Positions 1 to 7,429 of a stretch of DNA of 18,747 bases are shown piece by piece. The translations under genes and the position numbers were made by a program. How positions within the stretch are numbered: the stretch's first letter is position 1; every line of letters begins with the position of its first letter. This DNA comes from Candidatus Auribacterota bacterium (GTDB taxonomy: Bacteria > Auribacterota > UBA6266), in NCBI GenBank assembly GCA_023136205.1, contig JAGLRQ010000008.1, positions 1-18,747 on the forward strand, written 5' to 3'. The notes beneath the pieces were generated by a model that ran no database searches, was not told the DNA's origin, and saw only the letters and a program-made list of their open reading frames with translations.

Positions 1-206
1 ACCGGATTTAAACCCCGAATATGATCGGAATGCTCATGCGTTATAAGAATTGCGTCTATCGGTTTTCCACCCAGCCCTTTTTCCTCTAACCTGCGCAGGG
101 TTTCTTTTCTGCTCAACCCGGCATCTATAAGGATTCCGGTTTCATCATCATGTATATAAATTGAATTCGCTTTTGAACCACTCGCAAGAACACAAATTTC
201 TATCAT
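1..206 (-). CDS. MBL-fold metallo-hydrolase, N-terminal 68 codons only (gene continues past the left edge)
   Basis: Not in the ORF track because it is truncated. My own minus-strand translation from ATG 206-204 gives MIEICVLASGSKANSIYIHDDETGILIDAGLSRKETLRRLEEKGLGGKPIDAILITHEHSDHIRGLNP. It contains the metallo-beta-lactamase HxHxDH zinc motif (HEHSDH). A GAGGA Shine-Dalgarno lies at 215-211, 4 nt before the ATG. Confidence 0.75.
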   Translation of the reverse strand, partial: MIEICVLASGSKANSIYIHDDETGILIDAGLSRKETLRRLEEKGLGGKPIDAILITHEHSDHIRGLNP

Positions 207-401
207 TTTATCCTCAATCTAATCAGTTAAAATCCTCGTTGGAAGTTTACTATAATATAATGTTTAAAGAAATAAAAAGATTAAATTACGCCACGAAGGC
301 CCCAGTAAAACAATGACTCGGGAAAACTATTCCCTAGATACCAGATAGTGCGGAACGTAGCATAGCATCCTCAGAGGGAACTAAATACGAGATACAGCAT
401 A

Positions 402-429
402 TTGACATAATCCTGCATTAAATGATAAT
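402..429 (+). promoter_or_regulatory. Candidate sigma70 promoter for rpoN (TTGACA-N16-GATAAT)
   Basis: TTGACA at 402-407 and GATAAT at 424-429 with a 16-nt spacer. The predicted transcript start is ~436, which argues against the ATG at 436 being the rpoN start codon. Confidence 0.4.
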
Positions 430-471
430 CTTAAAATGACAGGCTTAAAAAGAAGGGTTGTTTTAGGAATT

Positions 472-1905
472 ATGAAATTTGAACTCGGACAAATTCAATC
501 TCAACAGCAGAAGCTTATCATGAGCCCGCAAATGAAGCAGGCCATTGAAATATTACAACTTCCTCTCCTCGAACTACGTACACTCATACAAGAGGAATTA
601 CAAGTAAATCCTGTTCTGGACCTTGAGGAATCTCAAGAAGAGCCTCTTCAGGAAGAAACTTCTGAGAATTCCGTTACCGAAAACAGGGAAGAACTTGATT
701 TTAAAGAAGAATTTGACAGATTGGCAAATGTTGATGAAGACATGAAAGAATTTTTCAGAAACAGCGGAGATTTTAGAAAATATTCAACAGAAAACAGAGA
801 AAAAAGGGAATACCTCGAAAGCCTTATCACGCGCCCCGAAACCATCGAAGAATATATGGAATTCCAAATAAACATAATGCTGGATTCCGAGAAAGAAAAG
901 CACATCGGTAAAATTATAATAGGGAATCTCGATGTCAATGGTTATCTTAAGGCAACAGTTGAAGAAATATCCGAAGGAAGCAAAGAACCCGAAAAAAAGG
1001 TTTTGCGGGTTCTTGAAAAAATTCAGCAGTTTGAACCTGCCGGCATCGCATCAAGGAATATTAAAGAATGCCTCCTGATCCAGCTTGAAAAAAAGGAAGG
1101 AAATAACAAAATCGCTTCAGATATTATTTCAAACCATCTCGAACAACTGGGGAAAAAACAATTTGATAAAGTTGCCGGGGCTTTGAACATCTCTCTCGAT
1201 CAAGTAAGCGAAGCCGCAAAAGTTATTTCATCTCTCAACCCCAAACCGGCGGTTTTATTTGAACACTTCGATATTCCCTACATTAACCCTGACATAACCA
1301 TTGAACAAACTGAAGATAATGGTTATGAAATAATAGTAAATGATGAATATCTCCCTCGTTTAAAAATAAGCAATTTCTATAAAAAAGCGATGCAAGATGA
1401 AAATACGGATAAAAAAATAAAAGGCTACATAAAAGATAAGCTAAGCGCAGGAAAATGGCTTATTAAAAACATTTACCAGAGGCAACAGACAATTCATAAT
1501 ATCGCCAAAGAGCTCCTTGAATACCAGAAAGATTTTTTCGACAAAGGCCCCAAACACCTAAAACCAATGATTCTACAAACTCTCGCTTCGAGAATAAATG
1601 TTCATGAATCAACCATAAGCAGAGCCATATCAAATAAATATCTCCAGTGCTCATGGGGGCTTTACCCTCTTAAATATTTCTTTACGTCTTCTCTAAACAC
1701 ATTTAAAGGTGAAGTTGTTTCCGCTCAAAAAGTAAAAGACAGGATAAAAGAGGTAATTTTATCCGAAGACCGCCATAAGCCCCTCAGTGATGACATCATC
1801 TCGGACATACTTAAAAAAGAGGATATAGATGTGGCAAGAAGGACTGTTGCTAAATACCGCGAAGAAATGGGATTTCTTTCTTCAAGGATGAGAAAAAGTT
1901 TATAG
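472..1905 (+). CDS. rpoN: RNA polymerase sigma-54 factor RpoN
   Basis: ORF 436..1905. The C-terminal RpoN box is ARRTVAKYREEMG and the HTH segment is HESTISRAISNKY. The N-terminal Gln/Leu-rich region I (LGQIQSQQQKLIMSPQMKQAIEILQLPLLEL) is followed by an acidic linker. I moved the start to Met13 (ATG 472) because MKFELGQIQ... matches the canonical RpoN N-terminus (E. coli [23 protein letters not shown]). A start at 436 cannot be excluded. Confidence 0.93.
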   Translation: MKFELGQIQSQQQKLIMSPQMKQAIEILQLPLLELRTLIQEELQVNPVLDLEESQEEPLQEETSENSVTENREELDFKEEFDRLANVDEDMKEFFRNSGDFRKYSTENREKREYLESLITRPETIEEYMEFQINIMLDSEKEKHIGKIIIGNLDVNGYLKATVEEISEGSKEPEKKVLRVLEKIQQFEPAGIASRNIKECLLIQLEKKEGNNKIASDIISNHLEQLGKKQFDKVAGALNISLDQVSEAAKVISSLNPKPAVLFEHFDIPYINPDITIEQTEDNGYEIIVNDEYLPRLKISNFYKKAMQDENTDKKIKGYIKDKLSAGKWLIKNIYQRQQTIHNIAKELLEYQKDFFDKGPKHLKPMILQTLASRINVHESTISRAISNKYLQCSWGLYPLKYFFTSSLNTFKGEVVSAQKVKDRIKEVILSEDRHKPLSDDIISDILKKEDIDVARRTVAKYREEMGFLSSRMRKSL

Positions 1906-1925
1906 GAAGAAAGATTCCCACTCCA

Positions 1926-3137
1926 TCATTTTATTTGTTCTTCCTCTTTTCTGCCGCCAAAAGGAATAATTGATTTTACAGCATCTGTTACACCCTTTCT
2001 CACCGCTTTTGTTGTGTCAATTGCAGTATATGTAGCTTTTTCTCCCACATCTATCGCTTTCTCAGATGCTTTTATGCCCAAATCCATAGTTTTTCCGCTT
2101 ATATCTTTTATCAACCTGAGGCTCTTATTTATAACACCAGTAATTGCCATGGAAGCAGCATCTATTACCTGGATTTGCATGTCAAATTCAGGGTGCCTTA
2201 TATCTCCTACAACTTTAAACTCTACTTCAAGCTTTCCATGTTTATCTTTTAAAAATTCCATAACTGTCTGTGCCGACAACCCAAATGAAAGGGCTGTTAC
2301 ATCACCTGTTTTTTCAACGGAAATATCTTCAAAAACAGCTTTATTTTTAGAGTCCAGGATATTATTTTTACATTCCGCTGTACCCTGAACAGTTACAAAC
2401 CCTCTTTCCAGTTTCAATGACATTATATCTTTATAATAAGGACCGAATTTCAGCAGATTCATTTTAGAAATAGTGGAACCGGCATTAAAATTAACACCGC
2501 CTCCGCCAACAAATATTTTACCCTTTGAATTTAAGGTTCCCCCGTCTTCAGGATTTATCTTACAGCTGATTTTATAATTAAAATAGTCCTTTCCGAATGC
2601 TTTTCCATGACCAACATGCACTAATAAAAGATTTATATCACTTAAAGTTGTCAGATGTGGAATCTGAGATATTTCACCATCATGGAAATTAATTTTACCT
2701 TCAACCAGCCTAATCTCTTTCATATAAACGGCAGCTTCTTTTTTAGCTTGTTTGCTTTTTAAATTTTCTACAAACTCTTTCAGGTCAACTTTTCCTGCTT
2801 TATCCACATTAATAGTAATATCCAAACCGCCTATCACAAAGGCGTCTACAATTTTTATTTCCTTTAAAAGTGACTGATAAGAAACAGCAGCAATTATATA
2901 ATCCGATTTTAGTAAATCCGACCCGTCATTTTTCAATATTTTAAAACTCGTAAGTTTCACTCTCCCCAAAAATATGTTTACATCCGCATCCTCAAAACTA
3001 ATATTTAAGCCCATCTCTCTCTTTGCAAATTCAACAGCGGCTCTCTTTAAAATCCCATCCAACCTAGCCTGAACAATAAATAAAAACACCAGTATAATAA
3101 TAAGTAAAATGCTGGCAACCTTTAGAAATTTTTTCAT
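1926..3137 (-). CDS. Membrane-anchored AsmA-like / DUF748-type protein (hypothetical)
   Basis: 403-aa ORF with an N-terminal signal-anchor helix (KVASILLIIILVFLFIV). It has a repetitive beta-rich body (ISFEDADVNIFLGRVKLTSFKI..., IRLVEGKINFHDG...) and a late FKVVGDIRHPEFD motif, resembling AsmA-family proteins. The family assignment is by eye only. Confidence 0.45.
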   Translation of the reverse strand: MKKFLKVASILLIIILVFLFIVQARLDGILKRAAVEFAKREMGLNISFEDADVNIFLGRVKLTSFKILKNDGSDLLKSDYIIAAVSYQSLLKEIKIVDAFVIGGLDITINVDKAGKVDLKEFVENLKSKQAKKEAAVYMKEIRLVEGKINFHDGEISQIPHLTTLSDINLLLVHVGHGKAFGKDYFNYKISCKINPEDGGTLNSKGKIFVGGGGVNFNAGSTISKMNLLKFGPYYKDIMSLKLERGFVTVQGTAECKNNILDSKNKAVFEDISVEKTGDVTALSFGLSAQTVMEFLKDKHGKLEVEFKVVGDIRHPEFDMQIQVIDAASMAITGVINKSLRLIKDISGKTMDLGIKASEKAIDVGEKATYTAIDTTKAVRKGVTDAVKSIIPFGGRKEEEQIK

Positions 3138-3163
3138 TTTTTATGCCCCCATTATTTCTATGG

Positions 3164-4204
3164 CTAATCCTTTATTTTACCTGCTTTTCTCAAATATCTT
3201 AACTGCCCGCAGGCAGCGTCTGCATCAGCACCCTTAGACCAGCGTACTGTCACATTCATCCCGGCATTTTTCAATTGCTTTCCCACTTCAAGAACTTTTT
3301 CTTTTTCAGGAACTTCAAAAGCAGTGCCTATTGCAGAATTAAACGGAATAAGATTGATTTTACATGAAAAACCCTTTAAAAGATCAATCAAATCTTTTAT
3401 GTCCTTTATTCCATCATTAAACCCCTTTATAACGATATATTCAAAAGTTATATATCTTCTGGTTTTATCAAAGAAGTATTTGCAGGCTTCCATAAGTTTG
3501 CTCAAAGGATATCTTTTATTAATAACGGGCATTATTTTGTTCCTTTTTATGTTGTTTGCACAATGGAGAGAGACGGAAAGCTCATACTGTTTGTTCAAAT
3601 CAGCAAATTTTAAGATACCCGGCACAACACCACAAGTCGAAACAGTAATTTTTCTTTGCCCGATACGAAATGCTTTATCGGAGCTAATTATCTCTATGCT
3701 ATTTACAGTGTTTTCGAAATTATCAAAAGGTTCCCCTATCCCCATGTATACTATGTTATTAAGCTTTTCGGGCAAAACCTCCCTCAACCCATAAACAACC
3801 TGTGAAATGATTTCACCTGTTGAAAGGTTCCTGTCAAATCCTGCTTTTGAGCTTGCACAGAAAGCGCAGCCAAACTTGCATCCTGCCTGTGTCGAAAGGC
3901 AAAGAGTATTTCTCCTGCCTGCTTTAATCAAAACACTTTCTATTCCTTCACCGTTCAGAAACTTAACACTTCCATCCTCACATACCCGCTTTTCAACCAG
4001 TTCAGGAAGAGATAAATCCAATTTCTCCTTAAAAAGAACCCTTAAATCTTTAGGGATATTTATCATAAGATCCGGGTCTGTAACCGCTTTTTCAAACAAC
4101 CAACTGCAGAGCTGTTTTCCTCTAAAAGAAGGTTGTTTTAAATCCATGATTATTTTTTGAATTACATCAGGATGGCAATCTAAAATTTTTATTTTGGTTC
4201 TCAC
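3164..4204 (-). CDS. rlmN: 23S rRNA/tRNA adenine-C2 methyltransferase RlmN (radical SAM)
   Basis: 346-aa ORF with a GTG start at 4204. The radical-SAM cluster motif is GCKFGCAFCAS (CxxxCxxC). The N-terminal segment is PSFRGKQLCSWLF, followed by GIGEP. The conserved C-terminal Cys lies in DADAACGQL. All are typical of the RlmN/Cfr family. Confidence 0.9.
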   Translation of the reverse strand: MRTKIKILDCHPDVIQKIIMDLKQPSFRGKQLCSWLFEKAVTDPDLMINIPKDLRVLFKEKLDLSLPELVEKRVCEDGSVKFLNGEGIESVLIKAGRRNTLCLSTQAGCKFGCAFCASSKAGFDRNLSTGEIISQVVYGLREVLPEKLNNIVYMGIGEPFDNFENTVNSIEIISSDKAFRIGQRKITVSTCGVVPGILKFADLNKQYELSVSLHCANNIKRNKIMPVINKRYPLSKLMEACKYFFDKTRRYITFEYIVIKGFNDGIKDIKDLIDLLKGFSCKINLIPFNSAIGTAFEVPEKEKVLEVGKQLKNAGMNVTVRWSKGADADAACGQLRYLRKAGKIKD

Positions 4205-4350
4205 ATTAAGTTTTAAAATTTTTTCTAACCTAACAGGGTTAACGGAATTCTAAAGGATTAAAAAACCAAAAGATAGATGATAAATAAAATTAAAAGATAT
4301 CTATCCCTTCCAAATCTTGTTAATCTCGTCAAATTATTCACTTTAACTTC

Positions 4351-4980
4351 TTAGCTAAGATGGGCAGTAGAATTAATCGACACTACAAAAACACGTTTCC
4401 CCGACTGCCTGACATGAGTTATTGAACCATTATTTATTAAAAGCCTTAAAATAAGATGGTCAAAATTGGTATCTAACCAGCGTGCCAACAGAGCTGTAAT
4501 CACACCACCATGAGTAATAACAATAGTGTTTTTAGGATGAAACATAGGAATCATCTCTTCCCAGGATGCTTCTATTCTCTTTTCAAAGTTACGTATAGAT
4601 TCCGCCCCGGGAATTTTTATCCTCGAAGGTTTCAGGAGCCACTTTTTAAACCCGTTGTCAAAATGAAAATTTATTTCTTCCGGTGTCATCCCCTCCCACT
4701 CTCCAAGAGCTATCTCTCTTATCCCGGGAAAATAGTTTATCCTCTTATGAAGCATTTTAGAGAAATAAATAGCTGTTTCTTTTGCTCTCTTGAGGTCGCT
4801 GGATATTATCTTAAAATCCCTGTGCCCAAGTGATGAAAAATATAACGCGGCAGCATGAGCTTGTTTTTTACCAAGCGGTGTCAGAGGAGGATTTCTTTGG
4901 CCCTGTATCTTGCGAGAGTAATTCCAGGTTGTTTCACCATGGCGAATCAAATAAATATTTTTTCCACCTGTATCAAACAT
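4351..4980 (-). CDS. Histidine phosphatase family protein (phosphoglycerate mutase-like)
   Basis: 209-aa ORF. The catalytic RHG motif lies in IYLIRHGETTWN and the second catalytic His in VITHGGVI. The specific substrate cannot be assigned. Confidence 0.8.
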   Translation of the reverse strand: MFDTGGKNIYLIRHGETTWNYSRKIQGQRNPPLTPLGKKQAHAAALYFSSLGHRDFKIISSDLKRAKETAIYFSKMLHKRINYFPGIREIALGEWEGMTPEEINFHFDNGFKKWLLKPSRIKIPGAESIRNFEKRIEASWEEMIPMFHPKNTIVITHGGVITALLARWLDTNFDHLILRLLINNGSITHVRQSGKRVFVVSINSTAHLS

Positions 4981-5016
4981 CTATATGTTTTCCTTCCACT
5001 ATAAACCTGAGGGGAT

Positions 5017-5025
5017 ATTATAACA
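5017..5025 (-). promoter_or_regulatory. Candidate extended -10 promoter element (TGtTATAAT) for the phosphatase gene
   Basis: The minus strand reads TGTTATAAT (5025->5017), ~37 nt upstream of ATG 4980, with GGAAGGAAAA as the RBS in between. The -35 is poor (CTTTTT). Confidence 0.35.
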
Positions 5026-5149
5026 CATAATTAGGACAAAAAAAGCCTGGAAATGTCTTTGAAATGGAGATACCAATTGAAATCACCCGTGTGACCAGGG
5101 CCTGTCGGATTTAATTATTAGATTCATATAAATTATTTATGTTTAAAAA

Positions 5150-5548
5150 TTATTTCTTCAATTCAACTTCAAATATTTTATCTATACGGTTATTTAATTG
5201 AAGCATGCTTTCTTGCATTTTATTACTAGCTTCGGGATCCATATTATTTATGACACTCTCCCATTTTTTAATCCATTGTGCTACTTCAGCCGCAAATTGC
5301 ATCATTGTGTTCCCTAGCCCTGAAGTGTCACCTTTTGCCTTTTGTTCAATAATAATCTTTTCATATTTATCGATAATTTGTTTATATTCACTTATTAAAA
5401 TATCATCTTCTGCCTTAATCTCACCTTCTGTTTTAATCTCACCTTCTGTTTTTGAGGATCTTGAATCACATCCCCCCGAAGACAAGATCAAAAAACTACA
5501 GAAACAACATATCATACAATTAGCAAATGTAATTTTCCCCAAAAACAT
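5150..5548 (-). CDS. Small putative lipoprotein, function unknown
   Basis: 132-aa ORF with AGGAG 7 nt upstream of the ATG. It has a hydrophobic N-terminus ending in a lipobox-like LSSGGC. The mature part starts with a tandem hexapeptide (KTEGEI KTEGEI KAEDDI) and continues as a helical K/E-rich domain. No family recognised. Confidence 0.6.
   Translation of the reverse strand: MFLGKITFANCMICCFCSFLILSSGGCDSRSSKTEGEIKTEGEIKAEDDILISEYKQIIDKYEKIIIEQKAKGDTSGLGNTMMQFAAEVAQWIKKWESVINNMDPEASNKMQESMLQLNNRIDKIFEVELKK
5407..5453. repeat. 18-nt tandem repeat, ~2.6 copies, inside the lipoprotein gene
   Basis: CTTCTGCCTTAATCTCAC (5407-5424), then CTTCTGTTTTAATCTCAC (5425-5442), then a partial CTTCTGTTTTT. 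It is in frame and encodes the (K/T)EGEI hexapeptide repeat. Confidence 0.85.
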
Positions 5549-5654
5549 TGCTCGTCTCCTTTATTTGATTGTCTGTTTGTAAAGTATTTTTCTTCCTAAT
5601 AAAATGCTGCTATGCTACCCAACGTAGCGGGCGAAATGGCGACCCTTAGGACAA

Positions 5655-5730
5655 TGGCGACCCCAACGGGAGTCGAACCCGTGTTGCAGGGATGAAAACC
5701 CTGTGTCCTAGGCCACTAGACGATGGGGTC
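5655..5730 (-). tRNA. tRNA-Glu (anticodon UUC), CCA encoded
   Basis: The minus strand folds by hand into a cloverleaf. The acceptor is GACCCCA/TGGGGTC. The anticodon stem CAGGG/CCCTG carries the loop TT-TTC-AT. The T arm is ACGGG-TTCGACT-CCCGT. The discriminator is G followed by CCA. Length 76 nt. Confidence 0.93.
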
Positions 5731-5741
5731 GCAAATATAGA

Positions 5742-5817
5742 TGGTGAGCCAGCTGGGACTCGAACCCAGGACACCCGCCTTAAAAGGGCGATGCTCTACC
5801 AGCTGAGCTACTGGCCC
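5742..5817 (-). tRNA. tRNA-Lys (anticodon UUU), CCA encoded
   Basis: The minus-strand sequence is GGGCCAGTAGCTCAGCTGGTAGAGCATCGCCCTTTTAAGGCGGGTGTCCTGGGTTCGAGTCCCAGCTGGCTCACCA. The D arm is GCTC/GAGC. The anticodon stem TCGCC/GGCGG carries the loop CT-TTT-AA. The T arm is CTGGG-TTCGAGT-CCCAG. Length 76 nt. Confidence 0.93.
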
Positions 5818-5891
5818 AACAAAATTTACAATAGAAAAAAGATCAAGCCTTCCTGCCCTCAAGAATCTAAAAGATTCCAAGAACTTTAGTC

Positions 5892-5954
5892 TCCCTAGAG
5901 ATTGTACAACAATTTCAGGGACTTAATCCCTGAGATTCTACAAATCTCTAGGGA
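5892..5954 (-). repeat. 63-nt rod-like imperfect palindrome in the tRNA leader
   Basis: The outer stem is TCCCTAGAGATTGTA (5892-5906) paired with TACAAATCTCTAGGGA (5939-5954), 15 bp with one bulged A. The inner stem is TCAGGGA (5915-5921) paired with TCCCTGA (5927-5933), with loop CTTAA. Confidence 0.85.
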
Positions 5955-5994
5955 CCGGGAATTCTCCGAATTCCCCAAAATTCCTCGGAGCCGG
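5955..5994 (-). repeat. Second palindromic module with two mutually exclusive pairings
   Basis: A perfect hairpin is GGGAATTC (5957-5964), loop TCC, GAATTCCC (5968-5975). It competes with CCGG+CTCCGA (5955-5958, 5964-5969) pairing to TCGGAG+CCGG (5985-5994). Confidence 0.75.
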
Positions 5995-6004
5995 CAAAGC
6001 TCAG

Positions 6005-6032
6005 ATTATATACGAATATTCATTAGTGTCAA
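6005..6032 (-). promoter_or_regulatory. Consensus sigma70 promoter (TTGACA-N16-TATAAT) reading toward tRNA-Lys/tRNA-Glu
   Basis: The minus strand reads attaaataTTGACActaatgaatattcgtaTATAATctgag. Both hexamers are perfect consensus and there is an A/T-rich tract upstream. It sits ~40 nt after the frr stop. The predicted start is ~6000, which is ~180 nt before the tRNA-Lys 5' end. Confidence 0.6.
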
Positions 6033-6070
6033 TATTTAATAACTTTTTTCTATGTAGTTATTTTGCTTCT

Positions 6071-6631
6071 TTATATTTCCATTATTTCTTTTTCTTTATG
6101 CTTTAAAACTTCATCTACTTCCCTTATACGTTCACTTGTTTTCTTTTGAACCCTGTCTATTGCGCCAAATTTTTCATCTTCGGTTATTTGAGACTCTTTA
6201 AAAGCTTTTTCTATTTCATGGTTTGCATGCCGGCGAATATTTCTAATAGCTACTCTTCCATCTTCTGCCATTTTTTTCACTAATTTGCTTAAGCTTTTTC
6301 TTCTCTCCTCACTAAGCTCTGGTATTGGAATTCGTAAAACCTTACCATCATTATTAGGTGTAATCCCCAATTCTGATTTCATTATAGACTTTTCTATTGA
6401 AATAACAGCACTGGGATCCCAAGGCTGAATGACAATAAGCCTGGGTTCAGGAGTTGTAATCCCCGCAAGCTCTTTTAGTCGAGTTTGAGCCCCATAATAA
6501 TCCACCATAATATTCTCAACAAGAGCGGTCGAAGCCTTACCAGTCCTTATGCTTGAAAACTCATCATGGACATTCTTCACAGATTTTTCCATGTGATTTT
6601 CCATTTCAGGCATTATCTTCTTGAGTGGCAT
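6071..6631 (-). CDS. frr: Ribosome recycling factor
   Basis: 186 aa. Characteristic segments are HDEFSSIRTGKASTALVENIMVDYYG and LRIPIPELSEERRKSLSKLVKKMAEDGRVAIRNIRR. The RBS is AAGGGGG. Its position after pyrH is the conserved one. Confidence 0.95.
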   Translation of the reverse strand: MPLKKIMPEMENHMEKSVKNVHDEFSSIRTGKASTALVENIMVDYYGAQTRLKELAGITTPEPRLIVIQPWDPSAVISIEKSIMKSELGITPNNDGKVLRIPIPELSEERRKSLSKLVKKMAEDGRVAIRNIRRHANHEIEKAFKESQITEDEKFGAIDRVQKKTSERIREVDEVLKHKEKEIMEI

Positions 6632-6699
6632 AAAATACCCCCTTTATTCAAGTAGAACGTAGCAGCTGGAGACAAGCCTCTTCCTGCCCGCTACTTTCT

Positions 6700-7425
6700 T
6701 CAATTTTTAACGATAGTTCCAACCTCTTGACCAAGAAGAGCTTTCTTTATAGAGTCCTTCCGGGACATATTTAAAACTATTATCGGCATATTGTTGTCCA
6801 TGCACAGAGAAATAGCCGTTGAATCCATCACTTTAAGATTTTTTTTCAATACGTCAATATAGGTAAGTTTCCTAAAGAGTTTTGCATGTTTGTTCTTTAA
6901 GGGATCCGACGAATAAACCCCGTCAACTTTTGTCGCTTTTATAATAGCATCGGCGTTAATCTCATTTGCCCTCAAAGCAGCAGCCGTATCTGTTGAGAAG
7001 AAAGGGTTACCAGTCCCCCCTGCAAAAATTACAACTCTTCCCTTTTCAAGATGCCTTACAGCACGACGCCTTATATAAAGTTCGCCTATAGCCCTCATTT
7101 CAAATGCTGTCATAACCCTTGTCTGCACACCTAACAATTCCAGAGCAGACTGCAAGGCAAGGGCATTTATTACAGTTGCCAGCATCCCCATGTAATCAGC
7201 TGTCGTTCTGTCCATTCCTTTTGCACTGGCAGACTCACCCCTGAAAATGTTACCACCGCCGATTACAATACCAATCTGAATTTTAAGTCCTGATACATCT
7301 TTAATCTTTTCCGCTATTCCCAATGTTTTTTTTCTATCTATGCTGTAATCCGCAGCCTGAAGAGCTTCTCCACTTAGTTTGAGTATCACTCTTTCATGCT
7401 TGGCGGCAACTTTTCGGGCAGACAT
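6700..7425 (-). CDS. pyrH: UMP kinase
   Basis: 241 aa. Motifs are [46 protein letters not shown] and [13 protein letters not shown]. Conserved tsf-pyrH-frr order. Confidence 0.95.
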   Translation of the reverse strand: MSARKVAAKHERVILKLSGEALQAADYSIDRKKTLGIAEKIKDVSGLKIQIGIVIGGGNIFRGESASAKGMDRTTADYMGMLATVINALALQSALELLGVQTRVMTAFEMRAIGELYIRRRAVRHLEKGRVVIFAGGTGNPFFSTDTAAALRANEINADAIIKATKVDGVYSSDPLKNKHAKLFRKLTYIDVLKKNLKVMDSTAISLCMDNNMPIIVLNMSRKDSIKKALLGQEVGTIVKN

Positions 7426-7429
7426 ATTT

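Noticed and set aside
318-385. Possible degenerate third copy of the palindromic element upstream of rpoN, suggested by TCCCTAGA, CTCGGGAAAA and CCTCAGAGGGAAC
   Set aside because: Only isolated 6-8-mers are shared with the 5886-5964 and 10200-10271 copies. Their spacing is not preserved and there is no convincing hairpin, so the sequence alone does not support it.
436-471. Upstream ATG (436) as the rpoN start, as given in the ORF track
   Set aside because: The 12 extra residues (MTGLKRRVVLGI) have no counterpart in RpoN N-termini, and the candidate promoter -10 ends at 429. Met13 (472) aligns with the canonical start. This is not fully excluded.
4243-4253. 11-mer CGGAATTCTAA upstream of rlmN, which recurs inverted at 9154-9164 in the rpsB leader, as a possible shared operator
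   Set aside because: A single 11-mer match among ~1.2 kb of spacers on both strands is near chance expectation. It also contains the self-complementary GAATTC core, and its orientation relative to the two genes differs.
4272-4305. GATAGAT ... ATCTATC hairpin followed on the minus strand by TTTTGGTTTTTT, as an intrinsic terminator for the phosphatase gene
   Set aside because: The stem is only 7 A/T-rich bp with a 20-nt loop. That is too weak to call without a folding-energy calculation or 3'-end data.
5692-5889. 65-aa plus-strand ORF
   Set aside because: It is the reverse complement of tRNA-Glu and tRNA-Lys plus their leader, so it is an artefact of the stop-free tRNA sequence.
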